A stretch of 64,000 nt of DNA from a virus. The first letter of the stretch is position 1; each line of letters begins with the position of its first letter. The notes below the pieces were generated by a model. That model was given only the letters and a program-made list of their open reading frames with translations, was not told the origin of the DNA and made no database searches. Both the position numbers and the translations under genes were made by a program. This document shows, piece by piece, positions 1 through 9,495 of the stretch. The stretch lies in the IMG/VR virus record IMGVR_UViG_3300025168_000036; one strand, 5' to 3'.

Positions 1-578
1 ACTGAAAACATATAGTCATTTAGTGTTGATGATTTTAATTTAACTTCACCTGCAGGTCCTCCAAAAAGATCTATTTTATCAGAAAACATATCAGCAACAT
101 TATGCCTCATAGGCCTATCTATCCCTCCCTTGTTAGAGTACAACATTGATACAAGCTTTGTCTTGCCATTTACATTTAATCCATGAGATTTTTGCTCTAT
201 ACAGACCCAATCTGCTGGAATAAATTTATATTTATTTGGATCCTTATCTATTAATTGCTTATTAAATGTAAATATAAAGTCTAGTAGATCTTCAACTTCC
301 TGAATGTCATTATATGGTTTGTATTTGTGTGCAATTGGCTCCATTACTAGGCCTACCTTGACTGTTGAGTTTACAGATGAAATTAATTCTCTATCTAGAT
401 AGCTATCTGTAAATACTGTTATGCCTTCAAATGACTTTAGTCCTCTAACCCATTCAACATTTTCTGGTCCAGTAATAAGTGGTGAGCTATCTATTCTTAT
501 ACCACACTCAAGGCCAGCTTCTTTCCAGCTATTTGAGTGAGCATTATTTGTATCCCATATGTTTACTTTTACAGCCAT
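1..578 (-). CDS. GT10-like (alpha-1,3-fucosyltransferase-like) glycosyltransferase, runs off the window edge
   Basis: Not in the ORF track. Hand translation from ATG at 578 gives MAVKVNIWDT...KTKLVSMLYSNK...RH...IDLFG...LNDYMFS, open to position 1, matching the GT10 C-terminal pattern. Confidence 0.6.
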   Translation of the reverse strand, partial: MAVKVNIWDTNNAHSNSWKEAGLECGIRIDSSPLITGPENVEWVRGLKSFEGITVFTDSYLDRELISSVNSTVKVGLVMEPIAHKYKPYNDIQEVEDLLDFIFTFNKQLIDKDPNKYKFIPADWVCIEQKSHGLNVNGKTKLVSMLYSNKGGIDRPMRHNVADMFSDKIDLFGGPAGEVKLKSSTLNDYMFS

Positions 579-1189
579 AACCCCTCAAACTCCTTTAATA
601 TAGTACTACCATAATTATCTCTAAATCTCTCTCTCTCAGTCTTATAATCTCCACCAAAGTGGTTTTCATTTATCACACTATCATCACCTATAGACTGCTT
701 TAGGTTCTTTAAAGTTGACTCATTACATATTTTTGCAAGAGTGTCCTCTCTAACATCTTGGAATCCTATAAACTCAAGAATCTTTGTAAATGAAGAGACT
801 GGGTCGGCTTTTATATCTTCGTACTTTATAAACATGATGTGTTTAATATCACTATTGTTATTTAGCCATCTATTAAGATGGATTTTATACTCTTCTATTA
901 TCTCACCTCTTCTATCATCTCCCCAGCTTTCATACTTTAGCAGAGAATATACAACATCAACTGGATTTCTATATAAATAGATTACTCTGTCAAATCCCTC
1001 AGTGATGCCTTCATCTCCATTTCCTACTTCTCTATCGTGTAAGTGAAAGCCCCAATGAAGTTTAGAGTTGTAAAATGATGTTGGTAAGCAATATTCTCCA
1101 AGATATTTTTCCATTACCATTCTTACCCAGTGACTTCCTGTTCTTGGGTAAGAAACTAATTGTGTTATGTTTTTGTCAAAGTTTTTCAT
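569..1189 (-). CDS. PAPS-dependent sulfotransferase
   Basis: 5'-PSB loop SYPRTGSHW, 3'-PB motif YLYRNPVDVVYS, later KYEDI. Confidence 0.85.
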   Translation of the reverse strand: MKNFDKNITQLVSYPRTGSHWVRMVMEKYLGEYCLPTSFYNSKLHWGFHLHDREVGNGDEGITEGFDRVIYLYRNPVDVVYSLLKYESWGDDRRGEIIEEYKIHLNRWLNNNSDIKHIMFIKYEDIKADPVSSFTKILEFIGFQDVREDTLAKICNESTLKNLKQSIGDDSVINENHFGGDYKTERERFRDNYGSTILKEFEGLWL

Positions 1190-1235
1190 ATGTATAATAT
1201 AACAATTTTTTGTGAATTACTTAACTTTTTTAATT

Positions 1236-1994
1236 TCATATTTTTATCCATTCTTTTGGTATTAAGTCATTTGTATTTAGTTTCTTATCTGTTCCAAACC
1301 AAGTCATAGGTGCAACAACTCTTTTGTCACTATTTCTATTTAGCCAAGCAGCCCACCAACTAAATGTACTATTTGCTATAACGTTGTCGCTACACATAGA
1401 CATTGTATACATATCAATATAGTCCTTCTCGCCTTCAATAAAGTTAAATTCACTACTAAAGTTATCCTTACACCAGTTGATATCATCACTAAAGATTATG
1501 TAATTACTGTATAACTTCTTATCTGCTAGTAAGCCTATAGCCTTTGAGTAGTATTCCATATTACATACTGGATGCATTGTTGGGTATTTTATATAATCAC
1601 CCCTTCTTATATGTATCCCAAGACTATTGAATAATATGTTTCCGTATTTATTATCTATATAATCTTCTATCTCTTTTGTTGGTGAGAGCATATCATATAT
1701 AAAGCCACCATAGTCATAAAAGTATTGCTCTGACTGAAAGTATCCATCTAGTGAGACGTTTGGCGGTATTTCATTATATTCAAATGACTGCTCTTTGTAG
1801 ATATTGTTTTGTATACTTTCTGATATCTTTATATTTCTAAGTATATTATCTTTATACTCATTATATCCTGGAGGTATTGTGCTTGTCATTTCTACACCAT
1901 CCCTTAAAGATGCTGCCTTTGCAGCTGCTAACTGAAATAGTGTATTTCCGAGGCCATTATTATTGATACTATCTTTTATAATTACACTTGCCAT
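1236..1994 (-). CDS. GT11 alpha-1,2-fucosyltransferase-like
   Basis: GLGNTLFQ, GYFQSE, HIRRGDY, FSDD, NSTFSWWAAWL. Confidence 0.9.
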   Translation of the reverse strand: MASVIIKDSINNNGLGNTLFQLAAAKAASLRDGVEMTSTIPPGYNEYKDNILRNIKISESIQNNIYKEQSFEYNEIPPNVSLDGYFQSEQYFYDYGGFIYDMLSPTKEIEDYIDNKYGNILFNSLGIHIRRGDYIKYPTMHPVCNMEYYSKAIGLLADKKLYSNYIIFSDDINWCKDNFSSEFNFIEGEKDYIDMYTMSMCSDNVIANSTFSWWAAWLNRNSDKRVVAPMTWFGTDKKLNTNDLIPKEWIKI

Positions 1995-3304
1995 TATAAC
2001 CTCATCATTCCGTAGTCTACATTTCTTTGTTGTATATCACTCCATCCATCCTCTTGATACATTAGCCAAGGGTGGAAAGCATATGCATTTAGCTGGCCAG
2101 CAGCTTGCATCTCTGCATATTGTACATCAATTTGTCTGTTAATGAATCTTGTTGCTTCAAGTAGCTTGTCGTAGGCGGTATCTTTTATAATATAAGCTGA
2201 TGTTGTATATGCAAAATTACATTTTACTATTTTGTCATTTACTCTTGTATATGGCTTTTTGTGATTGCAACCTAAATAGATCATCTCCCAATCTTCTGGT
2301 ATATTACTATAGCCTTCAAAAAACTTTTCAAGCATATTGTCAATAAATACTACATCATCTTCCAATATAAGAATTGACTTTAGGCCCCTTGCCTTTGCCT
2401 CTGATATTATATTAAAATGTGATAGATAGCATCCTACCTCTCCTGAGTTTAAGTTTTGGTGTCTAGCTTGTGTATTGCCATCTACTGCCTCAAACCTTCT
2501 AAAGTTTATAGAAAGATCTTTTAACCTAGACTTTGACCTTATCATTCTATCTGGTCTTGACTTCATATTTACAACATAGGTCTCTTCAAACATGTTATTA
2601 AACTTTTTTGAAAGTTTTGTCTCATTTCTTATGAATGTATCTTTACAAAAGTCAAGCAGCTCATCCTTCTTGGATCTTAACTCAGTCTGTCTACCTTGAT
2701 CATGCTGATCAGACTCAAGAATGAAATTATTATTTGATCTCTTAAGGTTGCCTTTATATTTGTGCTTAAAGTAATAGCTTAACCATAAATCTTCAATAAA
2801 TTTGTACTTATCTGGCAAATTATCAAAAAGTTCGTTTTCGGTAAACACACGAATTGGTAATATCATACCACCAGTACCACAGTAATCGACATCCTCTCCA
2901 GGAGTATCAACTCCTTCCTTATCCCAGTAGGACTCTTTTATTCTATGTGCATAAAATGAAAATATTGTATCTGGTCTATATTCTGATAAGAATGTCTCTA
3001 CCATATCTTCACCAAATTGTACATCATCATCTATAAAAATACATGGGCCTTCGTATTGATCTGTTAGATTCTTTGCAAAATAGAATCTTCCTATTCCTCC
3101 TACATTATCTTTGCTATGGTGAACTTCAATATTATATGATAGCTTATACATTGACACTATTTCATCTAGTTTTTTACTATCATCAGCATTATTATTCCAA
3201 ATATACAAATCGAATTCATGAGTTGTTTGGCCTTCAAGCATTGCAAGAGTTCTAGGTATATTATCTGTCCTCTTCCAATTACACATTATAATTGGTGTCT
3301 TCAT
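1994..3304 (-). CDS. Bifunctional glycosyltransferase (GT2-like N-domain plus GT25 C-domain)
   Basis: N-domain FIDDD and EDLWLS; C-domain VVNMKSRPDR, RFEAVDG, GCYLSH, ILEDD. Confidence 0.8.
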   Translation of the reverse strand: MKTPIIMCNWKRTDNIPRTLAMLEGQTTHEFDLYIWNNNADDSKKLDEIVSMYKLSYNIEVHHSKDNVGGIGRFYFAKNLTDQYEGPCIFIDDDVQFGEDMVETFLSEYRPDTIFSFYAHRIKESYWDKEGVDTPGEDVDYCGTGGMILPIRVFTENELFDNLPDKYKFIEDLWLSYYFKHKYKGNLKRSNNNFILESDQHDQGRQTELRSKKDELLDFCKDTFIRNETKLSKKFNNMFEETYVVNMKSRPDRMIRSKSRLKDLSINFRRFEAVDGNTQARHQNLNSGEVGCYLSHFNIISEAKARGLKSILILEDDVVFIDNMLEKFFEGYSNIPEDWEMIYLGCNHKKPYTRVNDKIVKCNFAYTTSAYIIKDTAYDKLLEATRFINRQIDVQYAEMQAAGQLNAYAFHPWLMYQEDGWSDIQQRNVDYGMMRL

Positions 3305-3951
3305 TTCCTTAATCCCATTTCTCTTTCTTTATTATCATGCCAGTCATTATCACTAACTTGTTTTTCCAGTGTTTTTCTATGATATATTGCATAAAGCTCT
3401 TCCTCTGGTAGTGCTGCGAATGTGTCTTGCCCTATTAGTCTTCCGTGAGGTATTGGATTAAAATGAATACCTTTATTATTTCTGAATAGCCTGTCCTGAA
3501 CATCTGGCCAGTTAACTCTACCTTTTTCATCTAAGACCCAACCTCTTGAAGCTCTATATTCCTCTGTAAGCCCTTCTACAATATTAGTTCTTGGTAGAAA
3601 GAATACATCAACATCATTTGTACTTATTAGATTATGAACTATCATATAGAATCTTTCATCAAGCAATTCATCTGCATCTAAATAGAATAAATAGTCTGTA
3701 TCTGCTTGTGTTGCCAGCCAATTTTTTTGGTCATGAATTGCCTTATCTACAGGCTTTTCAAATGATATAATATCATCCTTATAGCTTTCAATTATATATT
3801 TTGTCTTATTATTTGATCCGTTTGAGTCTCGAACAATATAAACTTTGTCACTAGTGCCTTTTAATTCAGTAATTTGTTTTAATAATTGATTAAGTGATTC
3901 ATCTTCATTCTTACAGAGAATCATGTATCCTATAGTGAGTTCTTTCGCCAT
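3301..3951 (-). CDS. GT2-family glycosyltransferase
   Basis: ILCKNE, LFYLDADE (DxD), WPDVQDRLFRN. Confidence 0.8.
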   Translation of the reverse strand: MAKELTIGYMILCKNEDESLNQLLKQITELKGTSDKVYIVRDSNGSNNKTKYIIESYKDDIISFEKPVDKAIHDQKNWLATQADTDYLFYLDADELLDERFYMIVHNLISTNDVDVFFLPRTNIVEGLTEEYRASRGWVLDEKGRVNWPDVQDRLFRNNKGIHFNPIPHGRLIGQDTFAALPEEELYAIYHRKTLEKQVSDNDWHDNKEREMGLRK

Positions 3952-4412
3952 AATTTTTCTACCTTACTGTTAAATTTATAATCTAATAATTGTATTCCTC
4001 TTAGCTTAGCAGTGAAAAAAGTTCTATAGCTATCACCTAAACCAAAAGTATCTGTCTTATATGTTGCCTTTAATACTGTTTTATAGAAGTTTCTTGGGTC
4101 TGCCTGCATTTGAAGAACTGGTATATCTAATGCCAATATTTCAGGTGTTGTATCTAGTGTTCTTAAACCTACAGATTCAACCCATCTATTAAATGCACTA
4201 TATGATACTTTATCCAATGACATACAATGAGTCTTCTTTAGGTGTTCTGCATTTAGTACAACTAATACTTGCCTCTTACTTGCACCTTCTAGCCCTTTGT
4301 ATCTACACTCAATTAACATACCTCTTTCTAGTTTAGCTATATTTGTTGGGTACTTACCTTGCACTCTAATCAAGTGCTCATTTAATCTACCTTCTACCTT
4401 TTGCTTAGCCAT
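3930..4412 (-). CDS. Hypothetical protein
   Basis: 160-aa ORF overlapping both neighbours in the operon. Confidence 0.6.
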   Translation of the reverse strand: MAKQKVEGRLNEHLIRVQGKYPTNIAKLERGMLIECRYKGLEGASKRQVLVVLNAEHLKKTHCMSLDKVSYSAFNRWVESVGLRTLDTTPEILALDIPVLQMQADPRNFYKTVLKATYKTDTFGLGDSYRTFFTAKLRGIQLLDYKFNSKVEKLWRKNSL

Positions 4413-4866
4413 CGAATTTTATCTCGCCCATTTCATTACATGCCTCTAAGAATCTCTTAAAGTGCTTAGTGTCTTTTGTTTCTAATTTAGACTCATACTT
4501 TAGTGTGCCCTGCGAAGCACTAGAAGCCTCATCTTCTGTTAGCTGAACAATTGGTGTGTATGACCAGCCCCATTTATCCTTGCGCCCCTCAGGATATATC
4601 ATTCCTCTCTCAGTCTGTATAGTTGTTGGGTACCAATATGATTCTCCATCATCAAATCTTAGGTCTTTCATTAATTTTGGCATATTCGATTCATACTTTT
4701 CTATATCAAAGTCTGGGTTCTTTTTATAATTTAACGGATTTTCATTAGTATAGAATCCACTTCCAACACACATCTTTGACACTCCATGTCTATCATCAAG
4801 CTCTTGTATTACATGCTTTTCATTTGTTATTGGGCTTACTACCCATTCAGCTTTGCTATTATCCAT
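4405..4866 (-). CDS. Hypothetical protein
   Basis: 153-aa ORF, translationally coupled to neighbours. Confidence 0.6.
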   Translation of the reverse strand: MDNSKAEWVVSPITNEKHVIQELDDRHGVSKMCVGSGFYTNENPLNYKKNPDFDIEKYESNMPKLMKDLRFDDGESYWYPTTIQTERGMIYPEGRKDKWGWSYTPIVQLTEDEASSASQGTLKYESKLETKDTKHFKRFLEACNEMGEIKFDG

Positions 4867-6119
4867 TATACTTTCTCCAGTTTTGGTATGTTTAACTTAA
4901 TCTTTTTTGCAAACTTTGGAAGATTTGATTCAAGTATTTTATCAAAACTTTTTGTCATTTCATCCAAATTAAAGTCTTCTCTTATTAATCTTGCCTGCTT
5001 TCTTGCATCTGGTATATATGTCTTATAATTCTTAAATACATCTTTTAATATACTTGATGCATAGCCATAATCAACATAAAACCATTTCGAGCCTTTTAAT
5101 ATCATATTATTTGCTGCAGATTTGTCCACTTCCATTAGCTTACCTGGTAGCTTAATTGCATGTGTAGTGAAGTCTACTTGTCCTGACCAATTTGATACAA
5201 TTAGTGGCTTTTGTGTTATACAGAATTCTGCTAGTGGCCTTCCATATCCTTCACCATGAGAAAATGACACCATAGCCTTAATCTTTGGATGATTATATAA
5301 ACCATTCATCTCGTCTTCAGTTAATTTACCTTCAAGAACATATATGTTTGGAGGATTATCATATCCTTCAGTAATTTGTTGTATCTTTTTATCTATTTCG
5401 TTATATTCAAGTATGCTAAATGTTGCACCAGATGTCTTTATTACTAGTGCTGGCCTCTTTGATTTGCCTGTATTCTTAAATGTTTCTAAGAATGTCTTTA
5501 TTGTTCCACCAATATCTTTTCTGTCATGGCCAAACCCTCCTGCAATCCAATGTCCTGTAAATAAGAAGCAAAAGTCTTCATCTATATTGTCTAGGCTATC
5601 TACTATTGTAGCTGGTATCTCAGCCTTGTCAACCTTTCTAAATACATCTGTATCTATTCCTTCAAATAGTACGTCTATTGGAACTTCACACTTAAGCGAG
5701 CCTATAATTTCACCTGTTTGGTCATTTTTTTTATCATATACTGTATCCACAAGAATTTGCCTTGCGTGGTGTGATGGTACGATTACTCTGTCCATTCTAT
5801 TACAGCCATCTATCCACTCGTGAGGTGCCTGTGTTGTTTCTATTCCAGCAGTAATTCCTATATTATATTTTGCAACTTTCTTGAATTCATTAGGTACTGA
5901 TAGCTGCATGAATACATCAATTTGTTGCTTTTGATCTTTAAGTACATACTTTTCAAATTCTGGAAACTTATCATTTGGGCAGTCTCCCCAGTTTGTTGGA
6001 ACACATTTAATATCAAACCTATCCATAGCTATTAAGCTTTTTAATAGATCTCTTGCATGATCTCCATATCCAGATCTTGAAAATATTGGGGCCTGAAAGC
6101 CTATTGTTGTTTTACTCAT
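4866..6119 (-). CDS. GT4 (GT-B) glycosyltransferase
   Basis: SRSGYG, DRKDIG, and E-x7-E motif in GEGYGRPLAE. Confidence 0.85.
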   Translation of the reverse strand: MSKTTIGFQAPIFSRSGYGDHARDLLKSLIAMDRFDIKCVPTNWGDCPNDKFPEFEKYVLKDQKQQIDVFMQLSVPNEFKKVAKYNIGITAGIETTQAPHEWIDGCNRMDRVIVPSHHARQILVDTVYDKKNDQTGEIIGSLKCEVPIDVLFEGIDTDVFRKVDKAEIPATIVDSLDNIDEDFCFLFTGHWIAGGFGHDRKDIGGTIKTFLETFKNTGKSKRPALVIKTSGATFSILEYNEIDKKIQQITEGYDNPPNIYVLEGKLTEDEMNGLYNHPKIKAMVSFSHGEGYGRPLAEFCITQKPLIVSNWSGQVDFTTHAIKLPGKLMEVDKSAANNMILKGSKWFYVDYGYASSILKDVFKNYKTYIPDARKQARLIREDFNLDEMTKSFDKILESNLPKFAKKIKLNIPKLEKV

Positions 6120-7537
6120 CTTATAACTCCCGTAGGGTATTTTATTAATTTATTATTTGTTTTTCTTTTTAGTGTAAATATTTTTCTAGGCTTAAATGAA
6201 TTAAGACAAATATCAATAGAGTTAGATACGCCATCTGCCATTGCTTGCGCAGTAAAATTATTTGCTAAGGCCCATTCTCTACCTTTTGTTCCAGCTGAAG
6301 ATCTTTCATCTTTGCTTAATGAATATACACTATTTATTGCATTTGTTATATCACTTACACTAACTCTACTATCATAAATATAAGGTGTTACTGGTGAACC
6401 TACCAAGTTTATTTGTGGCCACATTGGAAATGCCCATTCACCATGTTCTTTATATCTACCATTACTATTACTTGGCCAAGATTCTGTATAGTCATTTACT
6501 GTTAGGTCATTACCTTTTTCATTCTTAAAGCCCATCTGGTCCTGCAGGCCACCTATACAGCTTGCAATAATTGGTGTTCCTGACATTATTGATTCCATTA
6601 CACTAAGACCAAATCCTTCAGCTGAGCTTGGTTGACAGGTTACATCTGAAAGATTGTATAGATAATTTAGCTGATTTGATGGTATCTTTCCACTTGAGAA
6701 TATAACATTTGCTTTAGGAGCTAATGCTTTAACTACTGCAGGGAGATCTGTTCCATTTTGATCTATTGGATCTGTATGTAGTATTAGAAATGCATTTTGC
6801 CTTTCAGCCTCAGTCTCTAGTGAATCAACAAATGTTTTATATGCTAGTATTAAATCTTGTGGTCTCTTTCTTTGTATATTTCTGCTATTAAATAGTAAAA
6901 CAAAAGAATCATCACTTAGTTGTGGGAAATATTTATCCTTAAATTCAATTAAGCCCTTATCAGATTTGTCAAGTGGCTTAAATACCTTTTCATCAACTCC
7001 ATGTGGTACATATGTTAAATCTACACCTTCTTTTCTCGGATTCTTTTGGCATACATGCTTATTTATATTATATGTTTGTTTTGATATTGCAATTAGTGAA
7101 TCACAACAGTCATAGAATGGCTCATTCCAATGAGGAAAAGGAAGGTCATCCCATATATTATAGTACATAATAGGAGTAGTTTGTCTTAATTCATGCTCCA
7201 TTTGATATAGCCAACCCCAAAACCTTGGGTCTGTAAAGTGTATTATTGCATCAGGCTTCTCGATTGATAATATCTGCTGTAATATTTGCTTGTTTCCATA
7301 ACCATCTACTGGATATAACTTAAGATAGAAGTTATCAACACCGCTATCCCTTTTTACATCCTCATTTTTACTTAAGTCAACTACATTACCTTTATCTGGT
7401 GATTGTAGTGCACCTGCTATCTGTACCCAGTCATATTTATCTAAAGACTTTAGTACTATTTCTTTACTCATTGTGCCAACACCAGACGGTAGCCTAATAT
7501 CATCACCTAATAAGAGTATCTTCTTCTTTTTTGTCAT
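6116..7537 (-). CDS. GT4 (GT-B) glycosyltransferase
   Basis: PSGVG, VPHGVD, RNIQRKR, AEGFGLSVME, GGLQD. Confidence 0.85.
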   Translation of the reverse strand: MTKKKKILLLGDDIRLPSGVGTMSKEIVLKSLDKYDWVQIAGALQSPDKGNVVDLSKNEDVKRDSGVDNFYLKLYPVDGYGNKQILQQILSIEKPDAIIHFTDPRFWGWLYQMEHELRQTTPIMYYNIWDDLPFPHWNEPFYDCCDSLIAISKQTYNINKHVCQKNPRKEGVDLTYVPHGVDEKVFKPLDKSDKGLIEFKDKYFPQLSDDSFVLLFNSRNIQRKRPQDLILAYKTFVDSLETEAERQNAFLILHTDPIDQNGTDLPAVVKALAPKANVIFSSGKIPSNQLNYLYNLSDVTCQPSSAEGFGLSVMESIMSGTPIIASCIGGLQDQMGFKNEKGNDLTVNDYTESWPSNSNGRYKEHGEWAFPMWPQINLVGSPVTPYIYDSRVSVSDITNAINSVYSLSKDERSSAGTKGREWALANNFTAQAMADGVSNSIDICLNSFKPRKIFTLKRKTNNKLIKYPTGVIR

Positions 7538-7551
7538 AACCTTTTCCCTAA

Positions 7552-7722
7552 TTATTTATTAAATTTGCTTCTAAACTCTTTGTCTTTAATATACATTTCC
7601 AAAGTTAAATTAACTAACTTTTGAAAAGTAATACCTTCCTTAATACTAAGAATTTTGAACTCCTTGTGAATGTTTTTATCTACGTTCACAGATGTTAACC
7701 TTTTTTTGTGTCTATCCATCAT
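7552..7722 (-). CDS. Small ribbon-helix-helix-like DNA-binding protein (56 aa, below ORF-track cutoff)
   Basis: Hand translation MMDRHKKRLTSVNVDKNIHKEFKILSIKEGITFQKLVNLTLEMYIKDKEFRSKFNK; beta strand, helix, G-x-T turn, helix; GGAGG upstream. Confidence 0.65.
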   Translation of the reverse strand: MMDRHKKRLTSVNVDKNIHKEFKILSIKEGITFQKLVNLTLEMYIKDKEFRSKFNK

Positions 7723-7758
7723 AACCTCCAATTATATTTGTATATAAATATATATTCA

Positions 7759-8160
7759 TTATGAAATAATTACGACTTTCTTATTATTTTTTTTAGCTTC
7801 TGTGAGTGCATGGTTAGTTCCTCTTGCCTCGTTTCCAGTTGCTACAAATCCTATAACTACATCACAATACTTTGCTAACATAACATTTCTTATAAAGAAG
7901 TGCTTTGTATTATATTGCTTTCCGTAATATTTCTCGTTAAGTGCTGAATAAAAATTGTAGACAGTATGTGCCGGATTAAATTCAACATATTTACAGTTAA
8001 ATTCTAGTGCAAACTTCTTTGCATACCTGTCTGCACCATCTTTGCATCCGCCACTAACAATTGTTAACTTTGACCCGAACTTTTTCTGTAAGTTAAAAAT
8101 TGTGTCCTTAACCTTCTTTCTATTTTCGTATTGCCTACTTCCTATTATTCCTACTTTCAT
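7759..8160 (-). CDS. SLOG-superfamily (YspA/DUF2493-like) protein
   Basis: VGIIGSR, IVSGGCKDGAD, IRN, RGT. Confidence 0.75.
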   Translation of the reverse strand: MKVGIIGSRQYENRKKVKDTIFNLQKKFGSKLTIVSGGCKDGADRYAKKFALEFNCKYVEFNPAHTVYNFYSALNEKYYGKQYNTKHFFIRNVMLAKYCDVVIGFVATGNEARGTNHALTEAKKNNKKVVIIS

Positions 8161-8387
8161 TTTCTATTCTTATTTCTATTTGGTCTATATATATACCATG
8201 CCCTTTCGTGAAAATAGTATAATATCATTTTTGTAAAGAGCTCAAGTCCTCCCACCTTTAGCCCAACAATTGGGTCTCCTGTAATTAGCCAACCTAATGC
8301 CATTGTGTCCAATGTTCCTATAGCTCTCCACGTAATAGTTTTAACTATGTGCCTTTTTCTTGCTGGCCAACTATTTCTTACAATCAC
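8157..8387 (-). CDS. DUF2061-like small membrane protein
   Basis: RHIVKTITWR...TKMILYYFHERAW. Confidence 0.8.
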   Translation of the reverse strand: MIVRNSWPARKRHIVKTITWRAIGTLDTMALGWLITGDPIVGLKVGGLELFTKMILYYFHERAWYIYRPNRNKNRK

Positions 8388-8737
8388 AAGGAACCCTCCT
8401 TTCTCATTTGAGCTCTAATCTTTGTTGCTGAAATTTGTTCAACTTGATTAGGTGGTACGTGTTCTATAACTTCATATCCTACACCTCTACCATAATTTAC
8501 TGATTCTATGTCTGGAACTATTGTTATTTTTATTCTACCTTCATCTATTAAGCCTTTTAGCTCACTACTTAGATTTGTTAGAACCTCATGTGGTGTCCAA
8601 GGTTGATTTTCATTTGGTTTAACATCTCTTATTGCTATCCATACATTCTTACCTTCATTAAGCCTTTGATCTATTAACCATCGGTGTCCTTTGTGCCAAG
8701 GCTGCCACCTTCCTATAAACATTGAGTACTTTTTCAT
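8384..8737 (-). CDS. Small HIGH-motif nucleotidyltransferase (cytidylyltransferase-like)
   Basis: FIGRWQPWHKGH (HxGH) and C-terminal ISATKIR. Confidence 0.8.
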   Translation of the reverse strand: MKKYSMFIGRWQPWHKGHRWLIDQRLNEGKNVWIAIRDVKPNENQPWTPHEVLTNLSSELKGLIDEGRIKITIVPDIESVNYGRGVGYEVIEHVPPNQVEQISATKIRAQMRKEGSL

Positions 8738-9495
8738 ATCCCTTTATCCCTTTTTACATTTATTGCTATTGCTCTTTTGCCAGACTTATTTGGGTCCATA
8801 TCATTTATAATATATCTAGGGCCTCTTTCAATACCCATAATTAATTTATCATATGGGATTCCACTTTTTGTTAGCTCACCTATCGTAAGCCCCTTTAATG
8901 TCTCTGGTCTAGCAGTTGTTAATATTATCATATGGCCATCATCATACCATTCATTTAACTTATCCACTGTTGCCTTTATTGGTTCTGCATCTGTAGATTC
9001 ATATGTTTCAAATTTTCTGTACTTAAATATTGTTCCATCAATGTCGCAGAAGTATGTATTTTTCTTCTTTCTATTAAATTCAATACCTTCAAGGCACTCA
9101 TCAAGTGTCGGAGAGCCTGTTGTATCAATATCTATAAAGTGCTCTATTGGCTTTTCATAATCTTGTGCAAAATATTTCTCTCTTCCCCTTATATCAGTTG
9201 TGTGTACATATATCTCAGTGACATCATTTGTCTCTTTTAATTCATCTCTCATATCTCTATAAGGTGCAACTACTGACACTACTGGTGTAAACCCTTTATT
9301 GTCTAGGAATCTACAAAGGTCTAGTACTGACCTTATATTCTTTCTCCTACCTTCTGGACTATAATTAAAATTTTGAAATAGATCCCTTAATCCATCTCCA
9401 TCTATGTGAATACAATTATCACTACATCTATCTATAAGTGCTTTTGCTAATGTTGTCTTTCCAGCTCCTGGCTGGCCTGTAAACCAATATATCAT
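8734..9495 (-). CDS. cysC: Adenylylsulfate (APS) kinase fused to a HAD phosphatase
   Basis: WFTGQPGAGKTT, IDGDGLR, VAPY, YEKP (APS kinase); DIDGT and TTARP (HAD). Confidence 0.8.
   Translation of the reverse strand: MIYWFTGQPGAGKTTLAKALIDRCSDNCIHIDGDGLRDLFQNFNYSPEGRRKNIRSVLDLCRFLDNKGFTPVVSVVAPYRDMRDELKETNDVTEIYVHTTDIRGREKYFAQDYEKPIEHFIDIDTTGSPTLDECLEGIEFNRKKKNTYFCDIDGTIFKYRKFETYESTDAEPIKATVDKLNEWYDDGHMIILTTARPETLKGLTIGELTKSGIPYDKLIMGIERGPRYIINDMDPNKSGKRAIAINVKRDKGI

Noticed and set aside
626-637. (CT)n microsatellite
   Set aside because: Short and simply encodes ERER in the sulfotransferase; no sign of phase variation.
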